64,000 nucleotides of DNA from positions 20,517-84,516 of IMG/VR virus record IMGVR_UViG_2711768098_000003; one strand, given 5' to 3'. Below the pieces are notes generated by a model. That model saw only the letters and a list, made by a program, of their open reading frames with translations, was not told the DNA's origin and ran no database searches. Source of the stretch: a virus. Its lineage: Duplodnaviria > Caudoviricetes. Below are positions 8,978 to 17,341 of this stretch, piece by piece. Position numbers and translations under genes: made by a program. Position 1 is the first letter of the stretch. Each line of letters opens with the position of its first letter.

Positions 8978-11299
8978 TTATCGGGCGGTGTTCGCTTGTT
9001 CGCGGCGTCTCGCGCGCGGCACGGTGGGGTGTGCGGCGACGTGTTCGCGGATGCGTGCTTGGAGTGCGCGGGTGCGGGCGTTCGCTTTCGTTTTCGCGGC
9101 CGGGGTGAGTGCTGCGGCGTGGCGGCGTTTGCTGGCGCGGACTTGCCGTTCCAGGTAGCGGAGTTGCTGCGACGCTTTGTAGTCGGCGGGGTCGACTGAG
9201 GGGGCGTGAGGTAAATCATCCCCAGGCGTCCATATCGACAGGCTATGCCTGCAGTTATGGGTGATAATGGAATTGGCTATATACCAACCCTCCCCTGACT
9301 CAAGGTTGTAGACGTGACCCGAATAGTTCTGCCGCTCGACACTGACGATCTTGTCGCTCGATATCAGGCCGGGGAGAGCGCTAAAACTCTCTCCGAGATC
9401 TGCAAATGCAGCCCCGGCGCCATCTACCAACGACTCCGCAAAGCCGGTGTGCTGCGCTCTGTTTCGGATGCTGCGCAGGAACGCGCCAGCCGAGCCGCTG
9501 GGCCCGAGTGGCTGCCCGATGCTGTCCGGCTCTACAAGTCCGGGAAGTCTCAGATTGATATCGAACGCGAACTCGGCATCAAGCAATCCCTTATCAGTGC
9601 CGCTTTCAAGCGGCACGGAATAACCGTGCGGCCCGCCGACGAGAGAAACAGGATGAGATGGGCTAAGGAGACTCCCGAGGGCCGGGCTTTTCTGGTCGAA
9701 TCTGCCCATAATGCCGTCCGTGGAATGGTCCGCACCGAGGCTGACTTGGCTAAACGCGCCGAGGGAAAGCAGCGCACCAAGGCGCACGCCACCGATGAAG
9801 AGACTGCCATCCTGGATGCTCTCGCCGAACGAGGAGTCGAGGGCATCGCCCAGAAGGCTGTCGGCCGTTACAACATCGACATCGCCTGTGGACCCGTCGC
9901 CGTGGAACTGTGCGGCGGCGGCTGGCACGGTCATGGGCGGCACCTCAGCCGACTGCCGCAGCGCGTCAAATACATCGCCGATGCGGGCTTCAATCAGATC
10001 TACATTTGGGCCCTTGCTGGCAGTCGAGACCTTAACGTCTCCGCTGTGGCGGATGACATCGCCGCCTACCATGAGTTCTCCTGCAGCCACCCATCCGCTC
10101 GACGTCAATATCGGGTGGTTTGGGGTAGCAGTGAGTTTGTTTCCGCTGGTTGTGTTGATGACGACTACCTCGCCGTCATACCAGCGCCGATCCGCGGCCT
10201 TAACGCCACTAGGTACTGACACTGGAGTATCGCCAGGAAAGCAGTTGGGGTGGTGCAATCCCCGGGCGCGCGCTTTCGCCACCGACGTGACCACACGGCC
10301 ACGCCACGGCTCAGTACCGCCATACGACGTCGTCGCACCCGTCACCGACAACAGATTCCCTTGAAACGGGGCGCACAAGTTCGAACAGTTCGGGTGAATC
10401 GACACCTTCACCAAGTCGTAGCCGTAACTGGCAATCAACGTGATGTGCGCGTCGATCGCGGCCTGCGCTGTCGCAGTGCGCGTCGCCATCTCCATGTAGC
10501 TCGTCATCGACCAGTTGCGTCCGCGGGAGTCGACGAAACCGGTGATGCCGCGTTCGGCGTACCGGTCGATCAACTTTTGTGCGAGGCGAAGCCGGTCGGC
10601 TTCACTGGAGAGCGGGTTGGCGAGGACTTCGGCCATCACTTGCTGGTACATGCCTTCGGCTGCGGCGACCATGTGCGGCGCCATCGACTCCAACTGCGGC
10701 AAGAGTGGGTTTGGTGGGCGGACGGTGACGCCTCGCGGGGTTTGCGGTGCGATTGGGGCGGTGGCGCGGAGGTCGTCGAGTGTCATGTCGGCGGGTGCAT
10801 CGGGTGCGCGGTGCCGGGGTTCTCGTGCGCGATGCCTACCGTTCGTAGGGGGTGCGTCGAGGTCGACGGGCGGCAGGGTTGATGCTGTTCGGCCACTGCG
10901 GCTACCCGGCGACGCTATTTCGGATGTATTCGGCGAACCATTCCGATCGGGCTGTGACCTGCCGCGACCTTTAGGGGATGTATCTGCGGCTCCACGGGTG
11001 CGGCGCAGCGACTCCGACGCGGTATCCACACCGACATCGGCGGCATCATCCATCGCGGCATCCGCTGCGGCACGCGTACGACGCAACATGCCACCGACAT
11101 ACGTGCGAACCCGTTTACGGAACGCCGCCAACCGTGTGAACTTCCCTGCCGCCGCACCCGTGATCTCAGCGAACACAGCGCCCGCAACGATGCCGATCAA
11201 AGCGAGCTCGCCCGCCGACACTTCCTCGACGACAGGATCCTCGAGGCCCTCAGTGTCATCCGACGAGACCGGTACAGCATCCTCCTCGGATGACATCAA
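8978..11299 (-). CDS. Minor capsid/head maturation protein (MuF / phage minor capsid family) containing an intein
   Basis: GITGFVDSRGRNWSMTSYMEMATRT, CAPFQG and QQLRYLERQVR motifs. The conserved HPNCRH motif is split by a Hint-domain insertion. Confidence 0.9.
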   Translation of the reverse strand: MMSSEEDAVPVSSDDTEGLEDPVVEEVSAGELALIGIVAGAVFAEITGAAAGKFTRLAAFRKRVRTYVGGMLRRTRAAADAAMDDAADVGVDTASESLRRTRGAADTSPKGRGRSQPDRNGSPNTSEIASPGSRSGRTASTLPPVDLDAPPTNGRHRAREPRHRAPDAPADMTLDDLRATAPIAPQTPRGVTVRPPNPLLPQLESMAPHMVAAAEGMYQQVMAEVLANPLSSEADRLRLAQKLIDRYAERGITGFVDSRGRNWSMTSYMEMATRTATAQAAIDAHITLIASYGYDLVKVSIHPNCSNLCAPFQGNLLSVTGATTSYGGTEPWRGRVVTSVAKARARGLHHPNCFPGDTPVSVPSGVKAADRRWYDGEVVVINTTSGNKLTATPNHPILTSSGWVAAGELMVGGDVIRHSGDVKVSTASKGPNVDLIEARIGDVFDALRQSAEVPPMTVPAAAAQFHGDGSTGDVDVVTADSLLGDALDSSFGESIQDGSLFIGGVRLGALLSLGAFSQVSLGADHSTDGIMGRFDQKSPALGSLLSPSHPVSLVGGPHGYSVPLESGTDKGLLDAEFAFDINLRLPGLVEPDSIGQPLGPSGSAGAFLRSIRNRAQHTGFAESLVDGAGAAFADLGESFSALPGLISSDKIVSVERQNYSGHVYNLESGEGWYIANSIITHNCRHSLSIWTPGDDLPHAPSVDPADYKASQQLRYLERQVRASKRRHAAALTPAAKTKANARTRALQARIREHVAAHPTVPRARRREQANTAR
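9254..10243 (-). mobile_element. Intein (330 aa, residues 353-682 of the ORF)
   Basis: Block A CFPGDTPV, block B LTATPNHPILT (TxxH), block F HVYNLES, block G IITHN followed by +1 Cys. Removing it restores LHHPN-CRHSL. Confidence 0.93.
9314..10219 (+). CDS. Antisense-encoded putative homing endonuclease (two HTH-like repeats + Vsr/DUF559-like nuclease) nested within the intein
   Basis: LVARYQAGESAKTLSEICKCSPGAIYQRLRKAGV and AVRLYKSGKSQIDIERELGIKQSLISAAFKRHGI are HTH-like. EETAILDAL..GV....QKAVGRYNIDIA...VAVELCGGGWH matches the DUF559/Vsr pattern. GTG start with AAGG 8 nt upstream. Confidence 0.82.
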   Translation: MTRIVLPLDTDDLVARYQAGESAKTLSEICKCSPGAIYQRLRKAGVLRSVSDAAQERASRAAGPEWLPDAVRLYKSGKSQIDIERELGIKQSLISAAFKRHGITVRPADERNRMRWAKETPEGRAFLVESAHNAVRGMVRTEADLAKRAEGKQRTKAHATDEETAILDALAERGVEGIAQKAVGRYNIDIACGPVAVELCGGGWHGHGRHLSRLPQRVKYIADAGFNQIYIWALAGSRDLNVSAVADDIAAYHEFSCSHPSARRQYRVVWGSSEFVSAGCVDDDYLAVIPAPIRGLNATRY

Positions 11300-11314
11300 A
11301 GGGCCTCTTTCCAG

Positions 11315-12883
11315 TTAGGCGGCCGTCTCGAACTCGGTGTCGTCAGTGCCCCCGAAGTCGCCGCCGGAAGAGAACGAGTTTTCGTCCTTCATCTCCTGCT
11401 TGATGCGGGCCACTTCATCGTCCTGTTCATCCGTCGACCAGTTCGGGTTGCGCTCCTTCACGGCCTGTTCGATAGACATGGCGTTCGCAGTCCGCAACGT
11501 GGCGATAGACGCCGACAGTTCGGCAGGCGACTGCGTCGAGCGAGTCGGGAACTTCAACTCAGGGAGCTCCGACAATGCGATGCCAGTGCCGAACAGTTCG
11601 GCATCGATGTCCATCGCAGTCTTCGCGAGCGGCCGCAACCCGGCCTTCCAATAGTTGATTTTCTTGTCGCGGGTGCGTTCGGACAGCTTGTCTTTTGAGT
11701 TCACTTCGGTGGCGGTGGGAACGCCCACGGTGAGGCTCGAGTCGGAGAAGTTGTTCGACGACAGGCCGGCGCCACGCAGGATCGCGTTGAGTATTTCCGC
11801 GCACGTCTGCGAATGCTCTTGCCAGCGGATCGCGAACTGGTTTGCTTGCACCGATGATGCGGCGCCACCGGATGCGTCACCGAGCTGCTCGCGCAGCGGC
11901 GTGAAGATCGCCTGGTCGGAGTCGAACATGCCGCCCTTGCCGGGGCCACTGTTGATGAGGAGGCCTTCGTCGACGAACAAACGTGCTTTGCCGAGGTCCA
12001 GGTCACGCATCCACGACGTGTATGCCTCATCCAATGCGTCGAACAGTTGCTCGAGGCCGTCGAAGTCGGAGCGCCCCAACTGGGTGAGACCTGGTTTGGT
12101 GCGCCACCGCCGGTTCGGGCGGACGTTCGGCACATACGATGCCGTTAACTCGTCGACACCGGTCAGGATGGCGCCGTCCTGGTCGACTGCATTCGCGGCC
12201 CATTCGGTGGCATCAACCTCGGTTAACGGCACCTTCCGGCCCAGATGGCCTTGGTCGCCTTGGTAGAGGCCGTGGATGATCCGTCCGGATTCGTGACGCT
12301 CCAAATGGCGTAGCACGATACCGTTGTCATCCAGCACGGTTGTCCAGAACGTGACTGCTGTCAGATGGTTGTACGTCCACGTTGGGATCGCGGCATCCGC
12401 GGCGACCGCGCCGATCATCACATGGTCGGCGATACGGTCATCCCACCACAAACGGTTGTAGGTGCCGCCGAGCGCCGAACAGATTTCCGCGGACTCCAGG
12501 AATGTGGAGGCAGCCTCATCTGAGTTGAACATCAAGTCGAGGCGCTTAGTTGCAGCATCACCTGCAGCGGTGTCGTCTTCGGCGATCGCGAACTTCGGTG
12601 GCTGCGAAAACAGGAGGTCTGCGCTCGACCGGGCGAGGTCAGCGGCGGCGGGGATGTGCAGTTTCGACGATGACTGCAGGTTGGGGCGGCCCCAAAAGAA
12701 TTTGGCGAGGCGGCCCATGATGCCGCCGGGCATGACGGTTTGCCGCATCATGTTATTGCTGGCGTAGATGGTTTCGAGGTCTGCGGGGCTGCCGGTGTAC
12801 CAGGCGTTCCATGTTTTGAAGTCTTTTTGTGCTTCGTCGAATGGTTTGGGCGGGAATTGGCCCCCGGCATCTGGTAGCGCCAC
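11315..12883 (-). CDS. Portal protein (SPP1 gp6/A118-like)
   Basis: 522 aa; YVPNVRP, LGRSDF, LDEAYTSWMRDLDLGKARL and QFAIR motifs; lies between terminase and minor capsid. Confidence 0.9.
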   Translation of the reverse strand: MALPDAGGQFPPKPFDEAQKDFKTWNAWYTGSPADLETIYASNNMMRQTVMPGGIMGRLAKFFWGRPNLQSSSKLHIPAAADLARSSADLLFSQPPKFAIAEDDTAAGDAATKRLDLMFNSDEAASTFLESAEICSALGGTYNRLWWDDRIADHVMIGAVAADAAIPTWTYNHLTAVTFWTTVLDDNGIVLRHLERHESGRIIHGLYQGDQGHLGRKVPLTEVDATEWAANAVDQDGAILTGVDELTASYVPNVRPNRRWRTKPGLTQLGRSDFDGLEQLFDALDEAYTSWMRDLDLGKARLFVDEGLLINSGPGKGGMFDSDQAIFTPLREQLGDASGGAASSVQANQFAIRWQEHSQTCAEILNAILRGAGLSSNNFSDSSLTVGVPTATEVNSKDKLSERTRDKKINYWKAGLRPLAKTAMDIDAELFGTGIALSELPELKFPTRSTQSPAELSASIATLRTANAMSIEQAVKERNPNWSTDEQDDEVARIKQEMKDENSFSSGGDFGGTDDTEFETAA

Positions 12884-12894
12884 TGGGGCCTCCT

Positions 12895-13116
12895 CTATTC
12901 GTCTTTGCGTTGCCCTGGCCAGAGCCCAAACACAGCTCGAAAATATTTAGCTGCAAGGCCATTGATGTATTTCTCTGGGATCTTTTTCAAGCGAAGTTGG
13001 TTCACCAACGTGGTGTACGGGTGCGGGGACAGTGCCCATAGGGCGAGGCCATCGCCTTTGGTCCACCATTTGGTGGGGCCGTGCATCTTGGCTTCGCCGA
13101 CTTTGCCTTCATCCAT
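12895..13116 (-). CDS. Small hypothetical protein
   Basis: MDEGK...WWTKGDGLALWALSPHPYTTLV...GLWPG; AGGCGG upstream of ATG 13116. Confidence 0.6.
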   Translation of the reverse strand: MDEGKVGEAKMHGPTKWWTKGDGLALWALSPHPYTTLVNQLRLKKIPEKYINGLAAKYFRAVFGLWPGQRKDE

Positions 13117-13270
13117 GTAGCCGCCTATGAGAGTCGGTGCACGCGTGCGACTTGCCGCACCTGCGGCACAGTCATCGACGTGCGGGCAGGCAGAACTTGC
13201 ACGGGGGACGTCGCGGTCATTGGTGCGAGCCAGTCGACGATCCGTTGCAGACGCCGGGCGATCCGAAACC

Positions 13271-13513
13271 TTATTCGTTGCAGCCGCATCCTGGACCGCC
13301 TTTCGGGCAGGATCTCGCGACGATCCGCGGATCCTCTTCGTATTCGTCGATCCAGTTGCGTCGCCAGCCGCGGTCTTCGCGCCGACGCTGAGTGGCATTG
13401 TCGGGTGCGCAGTATCCGCAGCCATCCCAACAGCCGTGGCACTTCTTCATCCGTCCGGTGCCGATTCCGTAGACGGTTGGCCGGTCACTGGACCGACCGA
13501 TCATGCGGGCCAT
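13271..13513 (-). CDS. Small Cys-rich hypothetical protein
   Basis: GGAGG RBS before ATG 13513; CHGCWDGCGYC and CPKGGPGCGC clusters. Confidence 0.55.
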   Translation of the reverse strand: MARMIGRSSDRPTVYGIGTGRMKKCHGCWDGCGYCAPDNATQRRREDRGWRRNWIDEYEEDPRIVARSCPKGGPGCGCNE

Positions 13514-13601
13514 ATCGCCTCCCGATGTCGTTGGACCGTTGCCGCGCAGCAATGGGTGTAGTCACCTGCTGCGCGGCACGCGGCTATTCAGTTGTCGGTC
13601 T

Positions 13602-14942
13602 CTACGCGGCATTCAAGCCAGCGAGTTGAGCATCGGATACAGCGTCGGACGTCAGGTCAACCTTTCGGCGCCAACGCTTCTCCGTCGTAGAACACACGTA
13701 CCGGAGGCTGTCGAGGCCGTGGTCATCCTTCGTGATCGGATAATCCTTACCGTTGTCTGTCTGCTTCGGATCCCACGAGTAACCAGGGAACTCCTGGATC
13801 AGACCGCGGCACTTCGACGACACCTTCAACTTGCCTTTTTCCAGCAAGTTCGCGAGCAAACGGATGCCGTACAAGACTTCATTCGACGCCGGATAGGTGT
13901 GTACCCCGTCCGCTTTCATCTGCACACGAAACGATGCAGCGGCCGGGTCGACGATGACCGGGCCGATGTCAGGGTTGCCGTGCGGTGCAGGTAGATGCGG
14001 TTTCGTCAGCCATTCGCGGATGCCCTCCGACAGTTGCGAGTCGGTTTTGCGGGATTCCGACGATGATGCCGCGTACCGCCATTCATCTACGGCGTACAGG
14101 ACCCCGTCTTGGCCGAGGCCGAGGAGGATCGCGGATGTGGCGTTCGTGGTTCCGTAGTCGATTCCGACGCCGAAGTATTCGGTCATCGCGGGGAGTTTCT
14201 CCCACGGTACGACGTGGCGTTCTTGATCCCACATGTCGTAGACGGCGCCTTCGGCTGCCACCCAGTGTCCGAGGATGAATCGCCGATACCAGAGTCCCGT
14301 GTATTCGGCGTAGAGAGAAGCTTTGTACTCTTCTTCCAGTGACGGGTTGTCTTCGATGTTGAAGTGGAAGCGTCGCCAGTTGGTGAGTTGCAGTTTCCCT
14401 TGGTCATCGGGTACGCCGATGCGATCCAGGTAGTCCTTCTTCAAAAAGTGGGCTGGCGTGTCGGGGTTGGTAGTCCCGAACATCTGCGCACCGGGTATCG
14501 ACATGCGGCCGAGTGCCTGTTTGAAGAACGACTGGTCGAGGACTGTGATTTCGTCCAGGTACACTTGTTGCACCGACATTCCGCGAATCCGGTTCTCGGA
14601 TTTGGCGTCGTTGGCGCCGATGCAGTGCACTTTGCGGCCATAGATGATTGCGGTTGCTGCGCCTTGCCGGTAGTGCACTTCCTTCGCGAACTCGGCGAAC
14701 GCTGGGATCGATTCGATCGGTTCGAAAACGTTACGGTAGATCGCATCCCGGTTTTTGCCGACGATGATGATCGACCCCTCGGGACCTGCATTCTTGATCT
14801 TGTCGAGCATGATCATCAGCCACGAGAACGTTTTGCCGGCGCGGATGGAACCTTCGAAGATGTTGACGCGGCCTGTTGCAGCGATGATCGCGTACTGCTG
14901 CTTCGGTGACATTGCGGCCGGTTTGCGTGCGGGCGCGGTCAT
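13602..14942 (-). CDS. Terminase large subunit (PBSX-like)
   Basis: Walker A GSIRAGKT, Walker B YLDE, coupling motif TTNP; nuclease motifs GIDYG, VDPAA, DHGLDSLRY. Confidence 0.95.
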   Translation of the reverse strand: MTAPARKPAAMSPKQQYAIIAATGRVNIFEGSIRAGKTFSWLMIMLDKIKNAGPEGSIIIVGKNRDAIYRNVFEPIESIPAFAEFAKEVHYRQGAATAIIYGRKVHCIGANDAKSENRIRGMSVQQVYLDEITVLDQSFFKQALGRMSIPGAQMFGTTNPDTPAHFLKKDYLDRIGVPDDQGKLQLTNWRRFHFNIEDNPSLEEEYKASLYAEYTGLWYRRFILGHWVAAEGAVYDMWDQERHVVPWEKLPAMTEYFGVGIDYGTTNATSAILLGLGQDGVLYAVDEWRYAASSSESRKTDSQLSEGIREWLTKPHLPAPHGNPDIGPVIVDPAAASFRVQMKADGVHTYPASNEVLYGIRLLANLLEKGKLKVSSKCRGLIQEFPGYSWDPKQTDNGKDYPITKDDHGLDSLRYVCSTTEKRWRRKVDLTSDAVSDAQLAGLNAA

Positions 14943-15427
14943 ACGTCAGGAACCACATCGCCAATGCCCGCAGACATTGGTGTCGCACCAGGTGCAACGG
15001 CGGACTGTGCGATAGCGGCCATGTCGAAGCTGCTGGCCCGGATCGACGCCATCAGTTCATCGAGCGCTGCACGGGATTCGCCGGAATTATCGGGTTCGAC
15101 GATGAGGTCGAGGCCCTGATATTTGGCGCGGCGTTCCATGATTTTCAGTGCGGCGGCGATGGCTTTCGTGTCGCCGGTCGCTGCACCCTTCCATACGCCG
15201 AGGAGCATGACGTCGAGTCGTTGGAGTTCCATGTCGACGACTTGTTGTGCGGGTTCGCGTTTGATCTCGGCGATTGCTTCGGCGACGAGTCGTTGCGCTG
15301 TCGACTTGGAGATGTCGAGTTGCGCTGCGATGGTGCGCACGGTTGCGCCTGCTAGGCGTAGTTGGAGGGCCTTTTCCTGACGTTGAGCGCGTTCGATTGC
15401 TGCTGCGTCGGTTTTCGACTTCGCCAA
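14939..15427 (-). CDS. Terminase small subunit (HTH)
   Basis: ALQLRLAGATVRTIAAQLDIS HTH and IMERRAKYQGLD; GAAAGGAGG RBS; coupled to the large subunit. Confidence 0.8.
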   Translation of the reverse strand: MAKSKTDAAAIERAQRQEKALQLRLAGATVRTIAAQLDISKSTAQRLVAEAIAEIKREPAQQVVDMELQRLDVMLLGVWKGAATGDTKAIAAALKIMERRAKYQGLDLIVEPDNSGESRAALDELMASIRASSFDMAAIAQSAVAPGATPMSAGIGDVVPDV

Positions 15428-15444
15428 CGGGGCCTCCTTTCGCT

Positions 15445-16070
15445 TGGGGATAGGCGCTCCTGGCGTCCTTGTCCGCTGCGTTCAGGGGGTGCCGTTTCTG
15501 GGGCATGTGTTGCTGGTCCGCACTGGCCGACTGTTTCCGCGTGTTGTGCTCGTGTGTGGGGTGTGTGGGAGCTTGTTGCGGTGTTGGTTGGTGTGGTGCG
15601 GGGGTTTGGGCGCCCCGACTCGACCGGCGGGCTTCGCGACGGGTAGCGGCGTCGGCCTTGGGGCTCGGGAGTCGGGGCGATTTGTTGCGGCAGGCTGATC
15701 CGGCGGTTGTCGTGTGTGAGTGTCCGGTGGCGTGCCGCTGCTTTGGGTTGAGGCTTTTGTCGACGCAGTGCCTCACGATCGCGTCTGCGGTGCTCCCGGT
15801 TTCTGGTCCGGGTCTTTTCAGTTGATGCCTGCACGGGGCAAGTTGTGGCCCTATGTCGGGGGCTGGCCGGTGCGCCTTGGTCGTACGCCACGGACAGGCG
15901 CGGCAACCCCGCAGTTCCTGTGCGCTCACATGCCGAGAGCCCGCAGCTAAACCCACAGCCCTAACTGGATGCGGGGAAAGCGTTCACGTCCCAGCTTGCC
16001 CGTCGAGTGCTCGAGTTCGGCGGGCCTACTACTACGCGACGTCGATGTCCGGTCAAGGTGAAAGACGTCG
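15445..16070 (-). ncRNA. Candidate structured non-coding RNA / long late-operon leader
   Basis: About 630 nt with no credible ORF; stems GCGACGTC/GACGTCGC, GCCCG/CGGGC and CGCCCCGACTC/GAGTCGGGGCG; directly downstream of a tRNA-like gene. Confidence 0.35.
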
Positions 16071-16071
16071 C

Positions 16072-16144
16072 TGGCTGACCCGCCACGAATCGAACGTGGG
16101 TCTCCCATGCCTAGGATGCTCTATGCCAGTTGAGCTACGGGTCA
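16072..16144 (-). ncRNA. tRNA-like RNA with a truncated anticodon arm (or tRNA pseudogene)
   Basis: TGACCCG-TA-GCTC-AACTGGCATA-GAGC-A-TCCTA-GGCA-TGGGA-GAC-CCACG-TTCGATT-CGTGG-CGGGTCA-G-CCA: intact acceptor, D and T arms and CCA, but only a 4-nt anticodon loop. Confidence 0.75.
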
Positions 16145-16175
16145 AGACTGGATATCCGCGTCCAGTCAGCGCGAG

Positions 16176-16694
16176 CTACTTGCGGCGCCGCGGCCGCGCA
16201 AACGGATCCGTGTCCGTCCGATACGCCTTATCGCGCATGTTCGCCTGCGTCTGCGCATTGATACGAGCCGCCATGCCCTTATTCGACGGCGAACCAGCGC
16301 CGTTCAGCTTCTCGTTCAGGCGACGCGTCTTCTCGGCGCGGGCACTACGCTCAGCAGCCCGCTTCTCATTCCAGGAGTCCACGGTGGCTGCCGTCGTCTT
16401 CCGGTCGGCAGCGATCTCCGCCGCCGTTTTATCCGACTTGACGGGGCCACGCTTCGGGGCAGGCTGGACGCCGAACTTCTTTTGCGCTGCGAGATGCTGT
16501 TTCGACCCGGTGCCGTACATGGCTTCAGCAGCCTTAGTCTTGTCGGCGCCGGACATGCTGCGGGAGTCCCGCCCGTTCAAACCGGAAGGCTTCGAAGGGG
16601 CTTTCCGGTTTGTACTTTTCTTCCCGGATGCGTTGCGGGCTTTCAGCGCGGCACTGATCTTCGCCTTATGCTCGGCGGACAGTGGCCTACCCAT
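16176..16694 (-). CDS. Basic protein with N-terminal NUMOD3-like motif
   Basis: MGRPLSAEHKAKISAALKAR; very K/R/A-rich. Confidence 0.7.
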   Translation of the reverse strand: MGRPLSAEHKAKISAALKARNASGKKSTNRKAPSKPSGLNGRDSRSMSGADKTKAAEAMYGTGSKQHLAAQKKFGVQPAPKRGPVKSDKTAAEIAADRKTTAATVDSWNEKRAAERSARAEKTRRLNEKLNGAGSPSNKGMAARINAQTQANMRDKAYRTDTDPFARPRRRK

Positions 16695-17116
16695 CAGCGG
16701 CCTGTATTCCGTGCCGCACGCGCCGCGCGACGAGTCCGCGTATTCGCTGCACGACCCTCACGAGCCCAGTCAGTCGTCGCATCATCCTTACTTGCCGCAG
16801 CATGCTTCGCGACGAACCGGTAGCGGGAGTTGCTGGTGCCGTCCTTGCGCTGCTCCAGTTTGCCCATCTCGCCGCGGGCGCGACGGTCAGACTTGATTTT
16901 GTCGATGCTGCGGCGCGTTGCCGCGATACCGTCAGCTTCACTCGATTTCGGCTTTGCAGTCGATCCGGGTGCGCCCTTGATTGTGGATGCGGCAAGAGCT
17001 CCGGGTCTGCGGGCAGGCGCGTCCGGCTTGGCCTTGCTGGACTTGTTCGCGGCGTTGCGTTTCTTCAGTGCCGCCGAGATCTTCGCTTTGTGTTCAGCGG
17101 AGAGTGGTTTACCCAT
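16694..17116 (-). CDS. Basic protein with N-terminal NUMOD3-like motif
   Basis: MGKPLSAEHKAKISAALKKR; TGATG-coupled on both sides. Confidence 0.7.
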   Translation of the reverse strand: MGKPLSAEHKAKISAALKKRNAANKSSKAKPDAPARRPGALAASTIKGAPGSTAKPKSSEADGIAATRRSIDKIKSDRRARGEMGKLEQRKDGTSNSRYRFVAKHAAASKDDATTDWAREGRAANTRTRRAARAARNTGR

Positions 17117-17313
17117 CAGCGGCCTGCTTTCTTCGGTGCAGCCTTCGGTGCGGCAGCTTTCTTCGGGGCTGCCTTCTTGCCTGCGATCTTCGCGGCCAGG
17201 AACGGCGGCAGATCAGACTTGCCACCCGCCGGCTTCTTACCCGCAGCAGCCTTCTTCGCAGCAGCATTCTTCGCGAACGCTGGGGGCATGACGCCCTTCT
17301 TCGGTGCAGCCAT
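17116..17313 (-). CDS. Small histone H1-like (AKK/PKK-rich) basic protein
   Basis: MAAPKKG...AAAKKAAAGKK...KKAAPKKAAAPKAAPKKAGR; GGAG RBS before ATG 17313. Confidence 0.7.
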   Translation of the reverse strand: MAAPKKGVMPPAFAKNAAAKKAAAGKKPAGGKSDLPPFLAAKIAGKKAAPKKAAAPKAAPKKAGR

Positions 17314-17341
17314 CAGCAGCACTCCAATCATGTCGATTCGA

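Noticed and set aside
9880-9925. AAAAQFHGDGS in the intein frame as a LAGLIDADG motif
   Set aside because: Only a partial resemblance with no second motif. It is the reverse complement of the antisense nuclease core GPVAVELCGGG, which explains it adequately.
15087-16896. Long ORFs 15087-15956 (-), 15352-15906 (-) and 15853-16896 (+)
   Set aside because: Low-complexity translations overlapping the terminase small subunit, the tRNA-like gene or the basic-protein genes; no RBS or motif support.
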